Positions 1 through 12,722 of a DNA stretch of 64,000 nt are shown here, in pieces. This DNA comes from Narcine bancroftii (taxonomy: Eukaryota): assembly GCF_036971445.1 (NCBI RefSeq), contig NC_091470.1, positions 348,316,001 to 348,380,000 on the forward strand. The letters are read 5' to 3'. Position 1 is the first letter of the stretch. Each line of letters begins with the position of its first letter. Under the pieces are notes generated by a model. It was not told the origin of the DNA, ran no database searches, and was given only the letters and a program-made list of their open reading frames with translations. The position numbers and the translations under genes are program-made.

Positions 1-459
1 GATGCTTTATGTGGAAATCCTTACCCCATTCTTTCACATGGCTTCTCAGAAAAAAAGATGGATTACACACCAACAAATGATTTAACATCCAACTAATGTA
101 AGAACATTCATCATGTTTGCTTTTGTGTGAGGAACAGCAACTTAGACCAACAGATGACTAATAGAGACTTGGAGAATAGGGCAGAAATTGGAAATGTTGA
201 ATCTGAGATTGCAATCTTCAAGAATAAAATCAATAGAAAGTAGAAAAAGAAGCAATAGAATAGGCTTGAAGGCCCTTTATTGAAAGGTCAGTTAATATGT
301 CTGAGGAATAAACAAGTTATCGCTGTCATGTGGATGGATGAAATCTTCCATAGAACCAGAAAGTCAAGCCTCGACTTTCTACATTGGGAGTCCAGATTCA
401 TTGTATCAACAAGTATCAACTTGTATCAACAAGTCACATGTGTGCTGCAGAAAAACACG

Positions 460-610
460 AGAACCTGTAGACATTGTGGAAGAAGTAAAAACACACAATG
501 CTAGAGAAACTCAGCAGGTCAAACAGTGTCCTTTATATATATCAAAGGTTTAAAAAAAAATAACGTTTCAGGCTTGAGCCCTTCATTGAAGTATGGAAAA
601 ATGTCAGCAA
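460..610 (-). mobile_element. Penelope-like terminal fragment with degenerate hammerhead motif
   Basis: acacaatgctagagaaactcagcaggtc...aacgtttcaggcttgagcccttcattg; the same motif family recurs at ~17865, 18640, 19500, 29940, 42915, 43790 and 54725. Confidence 0.6.
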
Positions 611-789
611 GCTAAGGCATGCAAAATTAGCTGACCACGTCTGACAGGGCTATAAATATATATCTATATATACACCTTATCTTGCAGACAATATTAAATT
701 TAATGCCCATCTCTGCTCAGCAGCACTAAGCTTCAAAAATTTAGCATTTCACAGAGTAAAATGAAGGTAAATTAGCACAAAATATAAAA

Positions 790-2598
790 ACCAAATAGAA
801 AAAAAATGTATAAATATATAAAATGGAAGAGGGTGGCTAGAGTCAACATAGGTTCCTTAGAAGATAAGGAAGGGAAATTAATATTGAGTAATGAGGAAAT
901 GGTTGAGACATTGAACAGATATTTTGTGTCAGTCTTCACGGTGGAAGACATGTCCAGCATGCCAAAGAGTGGGATGTGAAGAGAGGTGAGGGTCTCGATA
1001 AAATAATTGTTACATAAGAGAAAGTGATAAGCAAACTAATGGTACTGAAAGCAGACAAATCCCCAGATGAGATGCATCCAAGGGTACTGAGGGAAATGGC
1101 GGGAGTTATAGTCGATGCATTGGTTGTCATTTACCAAAGTTCTCTGGGCAGGTCCTGGCAGATTGGAAGATAGCAAATGTCATGCCACTTTTTAAAAAGG
1201 GATGTAGGCAGACAACAGGTAATTATCAGCCAGTTAGCTTAACAGTCTGTAGTCAGGAAAATGTTTGAAGCTGTCATTAAGGATGAAATAGCAAAACATA
1301 CAGCATGAAGGGGTTCCATTAGGCAGACATTGCATGAATTCAGGAAGGGCAGGTCTTTGTTTGGCAAACTTGTTGGAGTTCTTTGAGGGTATAATGGGTG
1401 CAGTAGATAAAGGGAAAGAGGTTGATGTTGTATATTTGGATTTCCAGAAGGTGTTTTATTTGGTGCCGCACAAGAGACTTATCAATAAGATACAGATGAA
1501 TGGAGTCGGGGGAATTATATTGGCATGGATTGAGGATTGATTAACTGACAGAAGGTAGAGAGTCAGGATAAATGGGTGTTTTTCTGATTGACAGTCAGTG
1601 GTAAGTGGGGTGCCGCAGGGGTCAGTGCTGGACCCGTAGCTATTCACCATTTACATAGATGATTTGGAAGAGTGGACAGGGTGTAGTGTATCCAGGTTTG
1701 TGGATGATACTAAATTGAGTGGAAAAGCAAATTTTAGAGGATGTGCAGAGGCTGCAGAGGGATATAGTTAGGTTAGATGAGTGGGCAAAGGTCTGGCAAA
1801 TGGAGTACAATGTTAGTAAATCCACTTTGGTAGGAAAAAAGAGAAGAGCAGATTATTATTTAAATGGTGAAAAACTGCAGCATGCTGTAGTGCAGAAGGA
1901 CTTGGGAGTGCTTGTGCATGAATCGCAAAATGTTGGGTTACAGGTACAAAAGGTTATTCAGAAGGCAAATGGAATGTTGGCCTTCAACTCTAGAGGAATT
2001 GAATTCCAGAGCAGGGAGGTCATGCTGCAACCGTACAAGGTACTGGTGAGGACGCATCTGGAGTTCTGTGTGTAGTTCTGGTCCCCATACTTGGAAGCAG
2101 TCCTGAAGAGATTCACCAGGTTGATCCCAGAGATGAGAAAATTGACCTACAAGGAGAGACTAAATCACCTGGGGTTATACGCTCTTGAATTCAAAAGAAT
2201 GGGAGGAGATCTTACAGAAACATATAAAATAATGAAAGGCGTAGGTAAGATAGAGGAAGGAAAATTGTTTTCACTGGTAGGTGAGATGAGAACTAGGGGA
2301 CACAGCCTCAAGATTCAGGGGAGTAGATTTAAGACGGAGGTGAGGGAAAACTGTTTTTCCCAGAGAGTAGTGAATCTGTGGAATTCTCTGCCCAGGGAAG
2401 CGGTTGAGACTACTTCATTAAATATATTAAACATTCAGTTAGATGTATTTATACATAAGAAAGGAATTTGGGGATATGGGGAAAAGGCAGGTAGGTAGAT
2501 TGAGTCAATGATCAGATCAGCCATGATCTTATTGAATGGCAGAGCAGGGACGACGGGCCGGATGGCCTCCTCCTGCTCCTATTTCTTATTTTCTTATG
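790..2598 (+). mobile_element. CR1 LINE, 5'-truncated, decayed ORF2/RT with 3' UTR
   Basis: ORF pieces DVVYLDFQK, KDLGVLVH, TRGHSLKI, NLWNSLP; (ttcttat)-type tail. Confidence 0.92.
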
Positions 2599-3372
2599 AT
2601 TTCACTGAAAACAGAAAATGCAAGAGATACACAGCAAGTCAGGCAGCATGTATGGAAAGAGAGACAGAATTAGCATTCCAGATTAACGAAAAATTAGAAC
2701 AATTAACACTTTTAAGCTTTTTCTTTCCACTCACATACATAAAGGCAATAGAGGGAATGTTTGTGACAGAGTGAAAACCAAGGTCATCCAGTTGACATAA
2801 ATGCTGTTAAATGTCACTGGAGCTAAAAGTGCTCTTCCTCCCACAAAAAAAAAACAGAATTACTGTGTGATGGTAATTATTCATCTGAGAGTTCCAATGA
2901 AAATTTATGGTGTGTAAAATTTGTTTCTTATGCCTTAAAGAACAATTCATGGACTACTTGAAAGGATTTCAGTAAAGTGTTTGCAGATCCATTGGCATCC
3001 TTAAAAAAAAACTTTATAAATGCAAGTTTCTTATTGAAAGAAAACTAAAGAAAGAATCTGCATTTGCACCCTGCCTTTCAAGACTTCAGGATTGTCCCAA
3101 AGTTCATCACAATCAACCCATTCTTAAAACAATGCAATAATTTAAGAAAATGTAGCAGTCAATTTGCATGAAAATAATTTAATAATTGACCTGGTGCACT
3201 TGATTTTACTAAGACCCATTAAATCTCTTTACTCATCTGCTTGACACACTATAAGACTGACAGCTCCCAATACCACTGATGTAATACACCACCTCCCTTC
3301 AGACCTTTCCATTCTGATTGCTATCCTTTATGCTCCAATTAATCTCTGATCACCAAGCCCCTGAAGTCGGTC

Positions 3373-3720
3373 CTTGGCACTGTCCATACTGGCACTTTAT
3401 CTCAGTAATTAACTGCCAATCTACCCGTTAACGTGCCAGTGTGAATGCTCGCAAATCGGCACGCAGGCGTCAGATCACCCAGGGAGGGTGTATCATCACT
3501 GGGGCGATCTGATGCCTGCATGCTGGTTAGCCCAATGTGAAAGGGACATGGGGCATCCTGGGACAAATTAGTGATGGATAGGCGCCCCCCACTCCTGGGA
3601 CGCCTGGTGGTGAGTGTGAAAGGAAGCAGAGAAACAGTTAACTGTGGTCCAGTGTGAATGGCAAAAACAACTTCTTGAACTGGTTCATTAGCTAACCAGT
3701 AAATTGGCTGTTCAATGCTT
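3373..3720. mobile_element. MITE-like insertion (PIF/Harbinger-like ccagtgtgaa motifs) with internal hairpin
   Basis: Absent from the paralogous copy at ~20380; repeated ccagtgtgaa; ~24-bp stem at 3459-3523. Confidence 0.6.
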
Positions 3721-4180
3721 CTGGCTTCTCACAGAGAAGAAAGGAAAATGTGCACTGACAGCTTTGACGCACACAGAGGCTTTAGCCTCAAGCCTGGACT
3801 CCCATGTACATGGTCATTTAGCACACATTACTAACTCACTACAACTTCTAGGCCACTTTGATCAGTTATCCTCCAGCCCACAAAGCAGCAGCCATATGCA
3901 GTATGCGCAACAAAGCACGATGGCTCTCAGTGAACCCAGGAATCATTAACTCTATTTATCTAGCAGTTGTTCTGCAGAGTAGGAGACATTATGTTATGAC
4001 GGACATACATTAGAATACAAAAAAAACATGTTTAAGCTCATTTGAAATAACTGAAATAAATAAAATATTACAACCTATATCAAATTTGATAAATTATCTT
4101 TTTCAGAACAGTAAATAAAAATATAATCAAATACCAATGGCTTAAGGTCTGAAATCAGGATCAAAATCCAATGCTATAAC

Positions 4181-5715
4181 TCCGGGTCCGGACAATGTAT
4201 TCCCAAGGACACTCAGGGAGACTAGTGTACAGATAGTGGGGCCATTAACAGAGATATTTAGGATGTCACTGGTCACGGGGGTAGTGCCAGAGGATTGGAG
4301 GGTGGCTCATGTTGTTCCGCTGTTTAAGAAAGGGTCCAAATGTAAGCCTGGAAATTATAGACCTGTGAGTCTGACGTCTGTGGTGGGTAAGTTGATGGAA
4401 AGTGTTCTGAGGTATGGCATTTACAAACATTTGGAAGAACAGGGATTGATAGGTAGTAGTCAGCATGATTTTGTCAGGGGTAGACCATGCTTAACAAACC
4501 TTATAGAGTTTTGAGGGGGTTACAAAAAAGATTGATGAAGGGAAGGCTGTGGATGTTGTCTATTTAGACTTTAGTAAAGCTTTTGACAAAGTTCCCCACA
4601 GGAGGTTAGGAAAAAAGGTGGAGGCATTAGGTATAAATAAGGAGGTAGTGAAATGGATTCAGCAGTGGTTGGAAGGGAGGTGTCAGAGAGTAGTGGTAGA
4701 AAATTGTTTGTCCAATTGGAGGCCGGTGACTAGTGGAGTTCCTCAGGGATTGGTCCTGGGTCCACTATTGTTTGTTATATATATTAATGATCTGGAAGTA
4801 GGGGTGGTAAATTGGATAAGTAACTTTGCAGATGATACAAAGATTGGTGGTATTGTGGACAGTGAGGAAGATTACTGAAGCTTAAAAAGAGATATAGGAA
4901 AGCTGGAGGAGTGGGCTGAGTAATGGCTGATGGAATTTAATATGGATAAATGTGAAGTGTTGCATTTTGGAAAGGCCAATCTAAATAGGTCATATACATT
5001 GAATGGTAGACAACTGAGGAGTGCAGAGCAACAAAGGGATTTAGGAGTTATGGTAAATAGTACCCTCAAAGTTGATACTCAGGTAGATAGAGTGGTGAAG
5101 AAGGCATTTGGAATGCTGGCCTTCATAAATCGGAGTATTGAATTCAAGAGTTGGGATGTTATGATGAAATTGTACAAAGCATTGGTGAGGCCAAGTTTGG
5201 AGTACTGTGTGCAGTTTTGGTCACCGAATTATAGGAAGGATATAAACAAAATAGAGAGAGTGCAGAGAAAGTTCACGAGAACGTTGACAGGATGTCAGGC
5301 TTTGAATTACAGAGAAAGGTTGAGCAGCCTGCAGCTTTTTTCTCTGGAGCTTAGAAGATTGAGGGGGGATTTGATGGAGGTGTTCAAGATTTTAAAAGGG
5401 ACAGAGAGAGTCATCGTGGATAGGCTTTTTCAATTAAGAGTGGGGGATATTCAAACCAGAGGCCATGGTTTGAGATTGCAGGGGGAAAATTATAAGGGGA
5501 ATTTCTTCAGGCAAAGGGTGGTTGGGATGTAGAATAAGCTTCCGGCAGAGGTGGTTGAAGCAAGGACGTTATTTACATTTAAGAAAAGACTGGATAATTA
5601 CATGGAGGGGAGAGGATTGGAGGGGTATGGACTAGGTGCTGGTCAGTGGGAATAAGAGGGTGGGGATTTGTTCCGGTATGGACTAGTAGGGCCAAACTGG
5701 CCTGTTCTGTGCTGT
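4181..5715 (+). mobile_element. CR1 LINE, 5'-truncated, second subfamily
   Basis: ORFs with [31 protein letters not shown]. Exact ends are defined by the empty site tataac^aaaaggag in the paralog at ~24620. Confidence 0.95.
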
Positions 5716-6332
5716 AAAAGGAGATCCCTCAATCTAAGTTGAAATATCAATGGTTGCTTCACCATTTTGCTTTTGCGTATCTACTCTTGAAAAAGAAAAT
5801 GCTGTAGTCCAATGCATTTTAGGATATTAACATCAGTATGTAGCTAATCTAGGTTAGGTCGGCCCAATGCAAAAGCAAACTTTCTTTACCCTGCCGCAAC
5901 GCACATCGTTTTAATGGCAAGATCTCTGACACTAGCCATCAAATTAAGACAGTGCATGCACAGAAGTGCTGAAGAAACAAAGCAGGTCACACAGAACCTA
6001 GCAGGAATTAACCTCTGATGCTTCTCAGGACATCCATGGACCTTTTGCATTCATCCAAGAGGCTGGACTTCAATCTAACACCTCGTTGGAAAGACAGCAT
6101 ATCCAATGGCGCCAGATTCTCTCAGGGAATCAGTATCCATACTGCATGAAAGTGAGGTTGAACCCACAATCTCCCAAGCCAAAGCCGACGCAATCAAATA
6201 TTAATCAGCTACAACTATTTGTTCAGATTCATGTTTCTGAACTGTTCATCTTGAAAAGATGATATTAACAGGGTGGATGTTATATTGTTAAACATCTAGA
6301 ACATGTGGTTTTCAGTTAAAAATGTCACTTAC

Positions 6333-6435
6333 TTTATTTCTTGTCTGAGTTTGTCCTATCAGGATGAGCGCATTTGATGAAATGATGGACAGGCAGAAGT
6401 TTATTAAAATTACTGACCGCTCTGACCGAATATAC
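6333..6435 (-). CDS. ADGRB1: ADGRB1/BAI1 coding exon: ICL1/TM2, (R)[34 protein letters not shown]
   Basis: Lies within ORF 6312..6536(-). Acceptor catttcag|G completes the AG|G Arg codon; donor AAA|gtaagt. 103 nt, phase 2 to 0. Peptide matches BAI1 rather than BAI2/3 as I recall them. Confidence 0.96.
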
Positions 6436-7015
6436 CTGAAATGTACACAAAAAAGGCACAAGTTACAATCTGAGGCATTGCAAATAACAGCTATCTGGCC
6501 AGGCAGCCTTACATCTGAATAAATTTGGTCAACCAAACACCCTCTTCAGAATAGAAAGTCCAATAAAAACAGGCGAGGCAAATGTGAAAGAGCTCCTCTT
6601 AGCTAAAATTGTAGACCCCTGGTAGAAATAATATTTTAACCTAAGAAGTTACTGAAAATATCAAATTTGACAGTCAACGAGAACTGAAGGCTCTTACACA
6701 AATTGAGACAAATGCATGGAGTGTTGGGTAGGAAATCTATCAAGGACACCCACCTGGTTGTAAGGTATAAAATATAATTATCTCTTCAAGACTCAGACAG
6801 ATAGTGAATGAGTGGCCATGAACTTTTCAAAGTATAAATATGATCCTGAAATTATTCTCAGCTTTCGTACCGGAGCAAGGGGGTGACAGGATTTTATAAT
6901 TGATTTTTATGTCTCAGAGATTCAAAGAAACTGACCAGAATACTCAGTATTGTGTGCTCATGAATCCTAGGGATAGAGAAAACCAGGCTTAGTGTCACAT
7001 TATCTTCATGTGCGA

Positions 7016-8507
7016 ATGACTGACATTTTCCAAAGTTCCATTGATTCGGGGGAGGTCCCTGAGGATTGGAGAGTGGCTGATGTGGTACCGATTTTTAAGA
7101 AGGGAGGGAGGGAGAAAACGGGAAATTATAGACCGGTCAGCCTGACGTCGGTGGTGGGGAAGATATTGGAGTCTATCATAAAAGGAGTAATAGCAGAACA
7201 CTTAGGCAGAAATAATAGTATAAGGGCTAGTCAGCATGGATTCCTTAAGGGTAAGTCATGCTTGACTAACCTTCTGGAATTTTTCGAGGATGTGACAAAG
7301 AGGGTGGATTTGGGAGAGCCAGTGGATGTGGTGTATTTGGACTTCCAGAAGGCCTTTGATAAGGTACCGCATGGGAGACTACTAGGCAAGATCAGGGAGC
7401 ATGGTATTGGAGGTAAGGTGCTGATATGGATAGGAAATTGGTTAAGAAATAGGAAACAAAGGGTTGGGGTAAGCGGGTCTTTTTCAGGATGGCAGGATGT
7501 GACGAGTGGAGTGCCGCAGGGATCAGTATTAGGTCCTCAGTTGTTTGTAATTTATGTAAATGATTTGGATGAGGGGATTATTAATAACTTGAGCAAATTT
7601 GCAGATGACACGAAACTGGGTGGCGGTGTGGGGTGTGAGGAGGATGTCAGGAAAATGCAGAGGGACTTGGACAGGTTGGGGGAGTGGGCTGCTGAATGGA
7701 AGATGACATTCAATGTCAGCAAATGTGAGGTTATCCATTTTGGGGGCAATAATAGGAAAGCTGAGTATTATTTAAATGGAGACAAGCTAGGGAGTGGGGA
7801 GGAGCAAATGGATCTGGGAGTACTTGTTCACCAGTCACTGAAGACTAGCATGCAGGTTCAGAAAGCTGTGAAGAAGGCTAATGGCATGTTGGCTTTCATA
7901 AAGAGGGGATTGGAGTATAGGAACAGAGACGCCCTTCTGCAGTTGTACAGGGCCCTGGTGAGACCCCACGTGGAGTATTGCATCCAGTTCTGGTCTCCAA
8001 TTTTGAGGAAGGACATACTAGCTATAGAGGGTGTTCAGCGCAGATTTACAAGGTTAGTTCCAGGGATGGCGGGGTTGACATATGCTGAAAGGCTAGAAAA
8101 ACTGGAGTTTAGAAGGATGAGGGGGGACATGATTGAGGTATACAAAATCATCAGGGGGATAGACAGGGTGAAGTCGGATTACTTGTTCCCAATGATGGGG
8201 GAGACGAGGACTAGAGGGCATAGTTTAAGAATACAGGGTAGGCCCTTTAGGACGGAGATGAGAAAACATTTTTTTACCCAGAGAAGTGTGAATCTGTGGA
8301 ATGCTCTGCCACAGAGGGTGGTAGAGGCAGATTCGCTGATTATGTTCAAAAGAGAGTTAGATAAGACTCTAGTGGGCAAAGGAGTTAAGGGTTATGGGGA
8401 TAAGGCTGGAAAGGGGTACTGATGGTAGTGATCAGCCATGATCTGTAAAATGGCGGTGCTGGCTCGACGGGCCGAAGAGCCTACTCCAGCTCCTATTGTC
8501 TATTGTC
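7016..8507 (+). mobile_element. Young CR1 LINE, 5'-truncated, uninterrupted RT ORF
   Basis: ORF 6992..8422 (476 aa) has all RT motifs (YRPVSLTS, DFQKAFDKV, GVPQGS, FADD); tail (ctattgt)2. Confidence 0.96.
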
Positions 8508-8639
8508 ATTCGGCCCATCAAAGATTGGTACTTGATGTCAATAAAAGTTACAAGTTTCCAGCAAGTTGCCAAGTTTCTCATGAAATCAGCAAATATATAG
8601 TTGGTATAGTACATTACAATGTTTAATTTTTTTTTATTG

Positions 8640-8860
8640 TTTAAAAATGTAGACATACAGCATAGTGACAGGCCCTTCTGGCCCACGAGCCCATGTTGCC
8701 CAATTAACCTACAACACCCATATATTTTGAACGCAGGGAGGAAACCAGAGCCATTAGTAAACCCAGACAGACACGGGGAGAACATACAGACTCCTTACAC
8801 ACAGCGCCAGATTCAAACCCAGTTTGCTGGCTCTGGGCTAACTGCTAACCAGGCCACCCA
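8640..8860 (-). mobile_element. tRNA-derived SINE
   Basis: Reverse complement of the family seen at 58832 and 29345 (ggaggaaaccagag, acagactccttacacac). Confidence 0.75.
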
Positions 8861-10439
8861 ATTACCAGAATATTTTCTGTGGGTGCAATTTTCTTCCTTT
8901 GGCACCAATGCAAACTCTGCCAACCTCAGCTATCACCAGTACAGAGAATCAAAAACAATTTCAAATTCCCAAAGTTTCCAAAAAGAAAGATAAAACCTCC
9001 TAATTTTAATTCATATTCACTAAAGGAGAAAAAAAAATCATGTTCATTTTCAGTAAATCCAACTCTATTGGTTTCAATGAGGATAGATTAGGCTTCCAAT
9101 TATTGCAGTAGATGACCCTCCATTTTCTTACATCGCTCTTCACTTAAATAAGTATCACCCTTCAGTCCATTGAGTCTGGATCAACCTTCAAGCACCTGCT
9201 TATACAAATCCCACTTTATTTTACCATGATTCCTGTCAGATTCTGCCACCCATCTAATGCTACCACACACCAAGATACTCGAGACAGCTGCCAATTCACT
9301 CATCTTCAGTGATGTGGGAGGAATCCAGGAGGGCCAGAACAAAACCCACAAAGTCACAGGAAGAACATGCAAACTCCACAGACTGCTGCAGAGGTCAGGA
9401 CTGAACACGTCTCTGTTGCTGAGAGTCAGCAGATCTATTAGCTCGGCTACTGTCCCACCTTTAAGGCTCAGAACAGGTCAATTAATCAATGGGCAATGTT
9501 ACAATACCATGAAGTAAAATTTAACAATTATAACTATCAGTTTTTTGCTATCTGAAATATTAGGGACACTAAAAGAACAAAATATTTCATCTGATTGAAC
9601 TTGGAATATTTCATGAACATTTTTGTTGAAGAAGTGGACTACACTTCAATGGCTAAATGGGTTTAGATCACAAGATGAGGAAAGCTGAACATGCAGTCTT
9701 GCTCCTTCAGTGAATAATCAACATGGGAATACCAACTTCACTAAATCAACGTTTGCACCCTTTGGCACACAAATGCCACACTCTGTCCATGAAATGAGAT
9801 GTGAAGGCATGGCAGAGAACAGCACTAATTCCCTTTCCCACCATCCATATCCTCTCACTGATCTGATCTCCATCCCTCAAAGGCAAGGACGTCACATGAA
9901 ATTGGACTGTTCCATTACGGATTAAATGCAATGAAATTAAAGCTAATCTGGAAATTTAAAAAAAACAAATGATGCTCAGATGATCGCAATAAAACTTATT
10001 TATTGAAGATGGGGCAATGAGGTCAAAAGGTTGCCTTCTAAAAAGGATTACATGCCAAATGTATTAATTATATTTTCAGAATTTGCCACAATTTAAATAT
10101 TAATGAACCAAATTCCATTTCTTTAAACTAAGGGTTATGTAGTCTGTAATTTTGAAAGGTGAAAATATCACATTATTAGAAAAAATTAGAATTATTAGTC
10201 AATGCCAAGGTGAGACTGGCACTACATTTCCATAAAATGTTATATTTTCTTATTTTTATGCATCATGAATAGGGCTGTTTTAAAAAGGGAATGTTTTAAA
10301 AATAATCAAGAGGATCAAATATAAAATATACAATAATCTCATGCACTTCTTGTTCAATTCACTAACTGAATTGCTGCTCCAAAGATCAATATATAATCCA
10401 ACTTGCCCTTGAACTGAGTGTGATTTTGTTTTTGTGCTC

Positions 10440-10730
10440 CACACATTCAGAAGTTGAGTGAGACAAGAACTGGGGAGCCTGGGTTAAAATGTTTAAAGGG
10501 AACATTGGGGGTAATTTCTTCTCTCAAAGGGTGAGGAGAGTGTACAATAAGCTGCCAACATTGGTGGTGGATGCCAGTTCAATTTTAACATTTAAAAACA
10601 CATTAGGCAGGTACATGGATGATGGAGGAATGGAAAGCTTTGGTCTGAGTCCAGGTTGATGGAACCAGGTGGAATGAGAGATCAGCATGGATTAGAAGGG
10701 TCAAAGAGCCTGTTTTGTGCTAGTGTTCTA
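10440..10730 (+). mobile_element. CR1 3' fragment
   Basis: Similar to the 3' end of 4181-5715. Confidence 0.7.
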
Positions 10731-10851
10731 TGGTTCAAACAAACCACATTGTGCAATGTCCACACTTCCTCAGGAAGTTGAGGAGGGCAAGGTTACCAGT
10801 CACCATCCTAACAACATTCTACAGGAGCATCAATCAAATATCAGACCAGAG

Positions 10852-11219
10852 CAGTGATTCTCAAACTTTTTCTTTCCACTCACATTTCACTTTAAGTATT
10901 CCCTGTGCCATAGGTGATTCGTAAGGGATTGCTTAAGGTGGCATGTGGGTGGAAAGAAAAAGGTTGAAAACCACTGTTTTAATTGTATCTAATTGACTCG
11001 TTATGTGCACAATTTCATAACTCCAAAGGAAATGAGCCAGTGACAATTTGTCTTAAGCAAAATATTTCAGTAAAAATTGGGTCTTCAGCAGTGATTCCCA
11101 ACCTTTCCTTCCCAATTGCATACCACCTTAAGCAATCCCTTACTAATCACAGAGCACTGATGGCATAGGGAACACTGAAAGTGGTAAGTAAGTGGAAAGA
11201 AAAAGGTCGAGAACCACTG
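10852..11219. mobile_element. Composite hAT (Charlie-type) MITE: two inverted units flanking a spacer
   Basis: TIRs cagtgattctc...gagaaccactg; 8-bp TSD gaccagag at 10844-10851 and 11220-11227. Confidence 0.9.
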
Positions 11220-11328
11220 GACCAGAGGGTGATTAAAACTGTTGAGATTCCTGGTGTTTCCCTCCCCTCTACAGGGAAGTGATGCTTAAAGAGGGCTCAG
11301 GGAATCATTCAGTATTACAGTATCTTCT

Positions 11329-12722
11329 GGCCTTTTCACATTGGCAACCCGCTAAATAGGTGTTTGAATGGCCCATGTTGAAATACCAGGAGAACAGTTC
11401 ACATTGGACCATGAAATCCTAGGTCCGTGCGCTCTTTAACATTAAATACGCCGTATCACAGAGCTAAGAGGGAGGCCAAAACTTTAGTGGTGACATCCTA
11501 AGTGATGTATTATGTATGCGCAGAGCAGTGAAATCGTCGTGGGACTAAAGCACATACGAACCACAATTTATGAACGAGTGTGAGAAAAAACACGTACAAT
11601 TTAAAAAGACATACGCACACAATTTATAAAAGAGCATGGGAAAATCTACTGCAGTGGGCTTCAAGCTGTTCAAACTGAGGACAAACCAGCTCCCTCACAA
11701 TCTGAAGACCTAGTGTCAAATCTAGGTCTAAGCCTTCACAGTGCCCGTTACATGTTTGGAGATTTCCTCCTCTGCCCTTATCGAGGGGAGCTACAGCACC
11801 TCCCAGTGCTCCCAAATGGCCAGCATTATCAGAACACTAATACTAAAACTACACACTAATTCTAATACCTATACGAAAAAAAACATTTGAAATATAACAA
11901 CTCTAATACTTCTTTCTTTGGCTTGGCTTCGCAGACGAAGATTTATGGAGGGGTATGTCCACGTCTGCTGCAGGCTCGTTGGTGACTGACAAGTCCGATG
12001 CGGGACAGGCAGGCATGGTTGCAGCGGTTACAAGGGAAAATTGGTTGGTTGGGGTTGGGTGTTGGGTTTTTCCTCCTTTGTCTTTTGTCAGTGAGGTGGG
12101 CTCTGCGGTCTTTTTCAAAGGAGGTTGCTGCCCTCCGAACTGTGAGGTGCCAAGATGCACGGTTGAAGGGAGATAAGCCCAGTGGCGGTGGTCAATATGG
12201 CAGGCACCAAGAGATTTCTTTAAGCAGTCCTTGTACCTCTTCTTTGGTGCACCTCTGTCTCGGTGGCCAGTGGAGAGCTCGCCATGGAACACGATCTTGG
12301 GAAGGCGATGGTCCTCCATTTTGGAGACGTGACCCACCTAGTGCAGTTGGGTCTTCAGCACTAACCCTACATGTCATGTCATGTCATGTCAATACTACAC
12401 TAACACAAACTAAAATCCTTCATAAACAGAACACTAGCCTTAACTACACTGAAACAATGACCTTAACTCCAAACAACCTGGTCAGACTACCTGTTTCCGG
12501 CCACAATGATGCAAACACGCAGGCAATGACATCATTAATGCTACCCGGAACAGCAGGTGGCCTGTTCACATTGGTGCCAAGTCAAAATAGGTTGGCTCTG
12601 ATACAACCTCCTTAGTTTATCAGTCCCAGGTCGATTTAACATCCCACCTCCCCCCATCTGATTCAGAATTCCCCATAAATTCCCAGGTTCAACTCACATT
12701 CAACTGCCAGTGTTAAAGGAGC
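11329..12722. mobile_element. Probable PIF/Harbinger-like non-autonomous element carrying a nested RTE
   Basis: Imperfect terminal inverted motifs ggccttttcacattgg ... ccagtgttaaaggagc; internal ttcacattgg repeats. Confidence 0.45.
11908..12362 (-). mobile_element. RTE-clade LINE 3' fragment
   Basis: WVGHVSKMEDHRLPKIVFHGELSTGHRDRGAPKKRYKDCLK; (GAAA)-type tail; close sister copy at 14598. Confidence 0.88.

Larger units (their letters stand above)
3190..5950 (+). repeat. Copy A of a diverged ~0.9-kb duplicated intronic segment (3190-3372, 3721-4180, 5716-5950)
   Basis: Collinear with 20162-25480, e.g. atgctccaatta.tctctgatcac, catttagcacacattactaactcactacaacttc, agctcatttgaaataactgaaat, aaaaggagat.ccctcaatct. 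Confidence 0.9.
3050..6200 (-). mobile_element. Ancient Deu-core-type SINE split into ~3050-3190 and ~5995-6200 by a large insertion
   Basis: 3050-3185 resembles the SINE 3' part (ctgcattt...gcctttcaagacttcaggattgtcccaaag). 6030-6170 resembles the Deu core (ccatggaccttttg...aacacctcgttggaaagacagcat). Recognised from memory of the consensus. Confidence 0.55.

Noticed and set aside
6992-8422. 476-aa ORF as a host gene or a retron/DGR-type RT
   Set aside because: Typical 5'-truncated CR1 ORF2 with CR1 3' UTR; the start is a GTG in flanking DNA.
7013-8512. 8-bp inverted repeat (cgaatgac/gtcattcg) bracketing the young CR1
   Set aside because: Too short; the right side overlaps the common cattcggccc CR1/SINE-tail motif.
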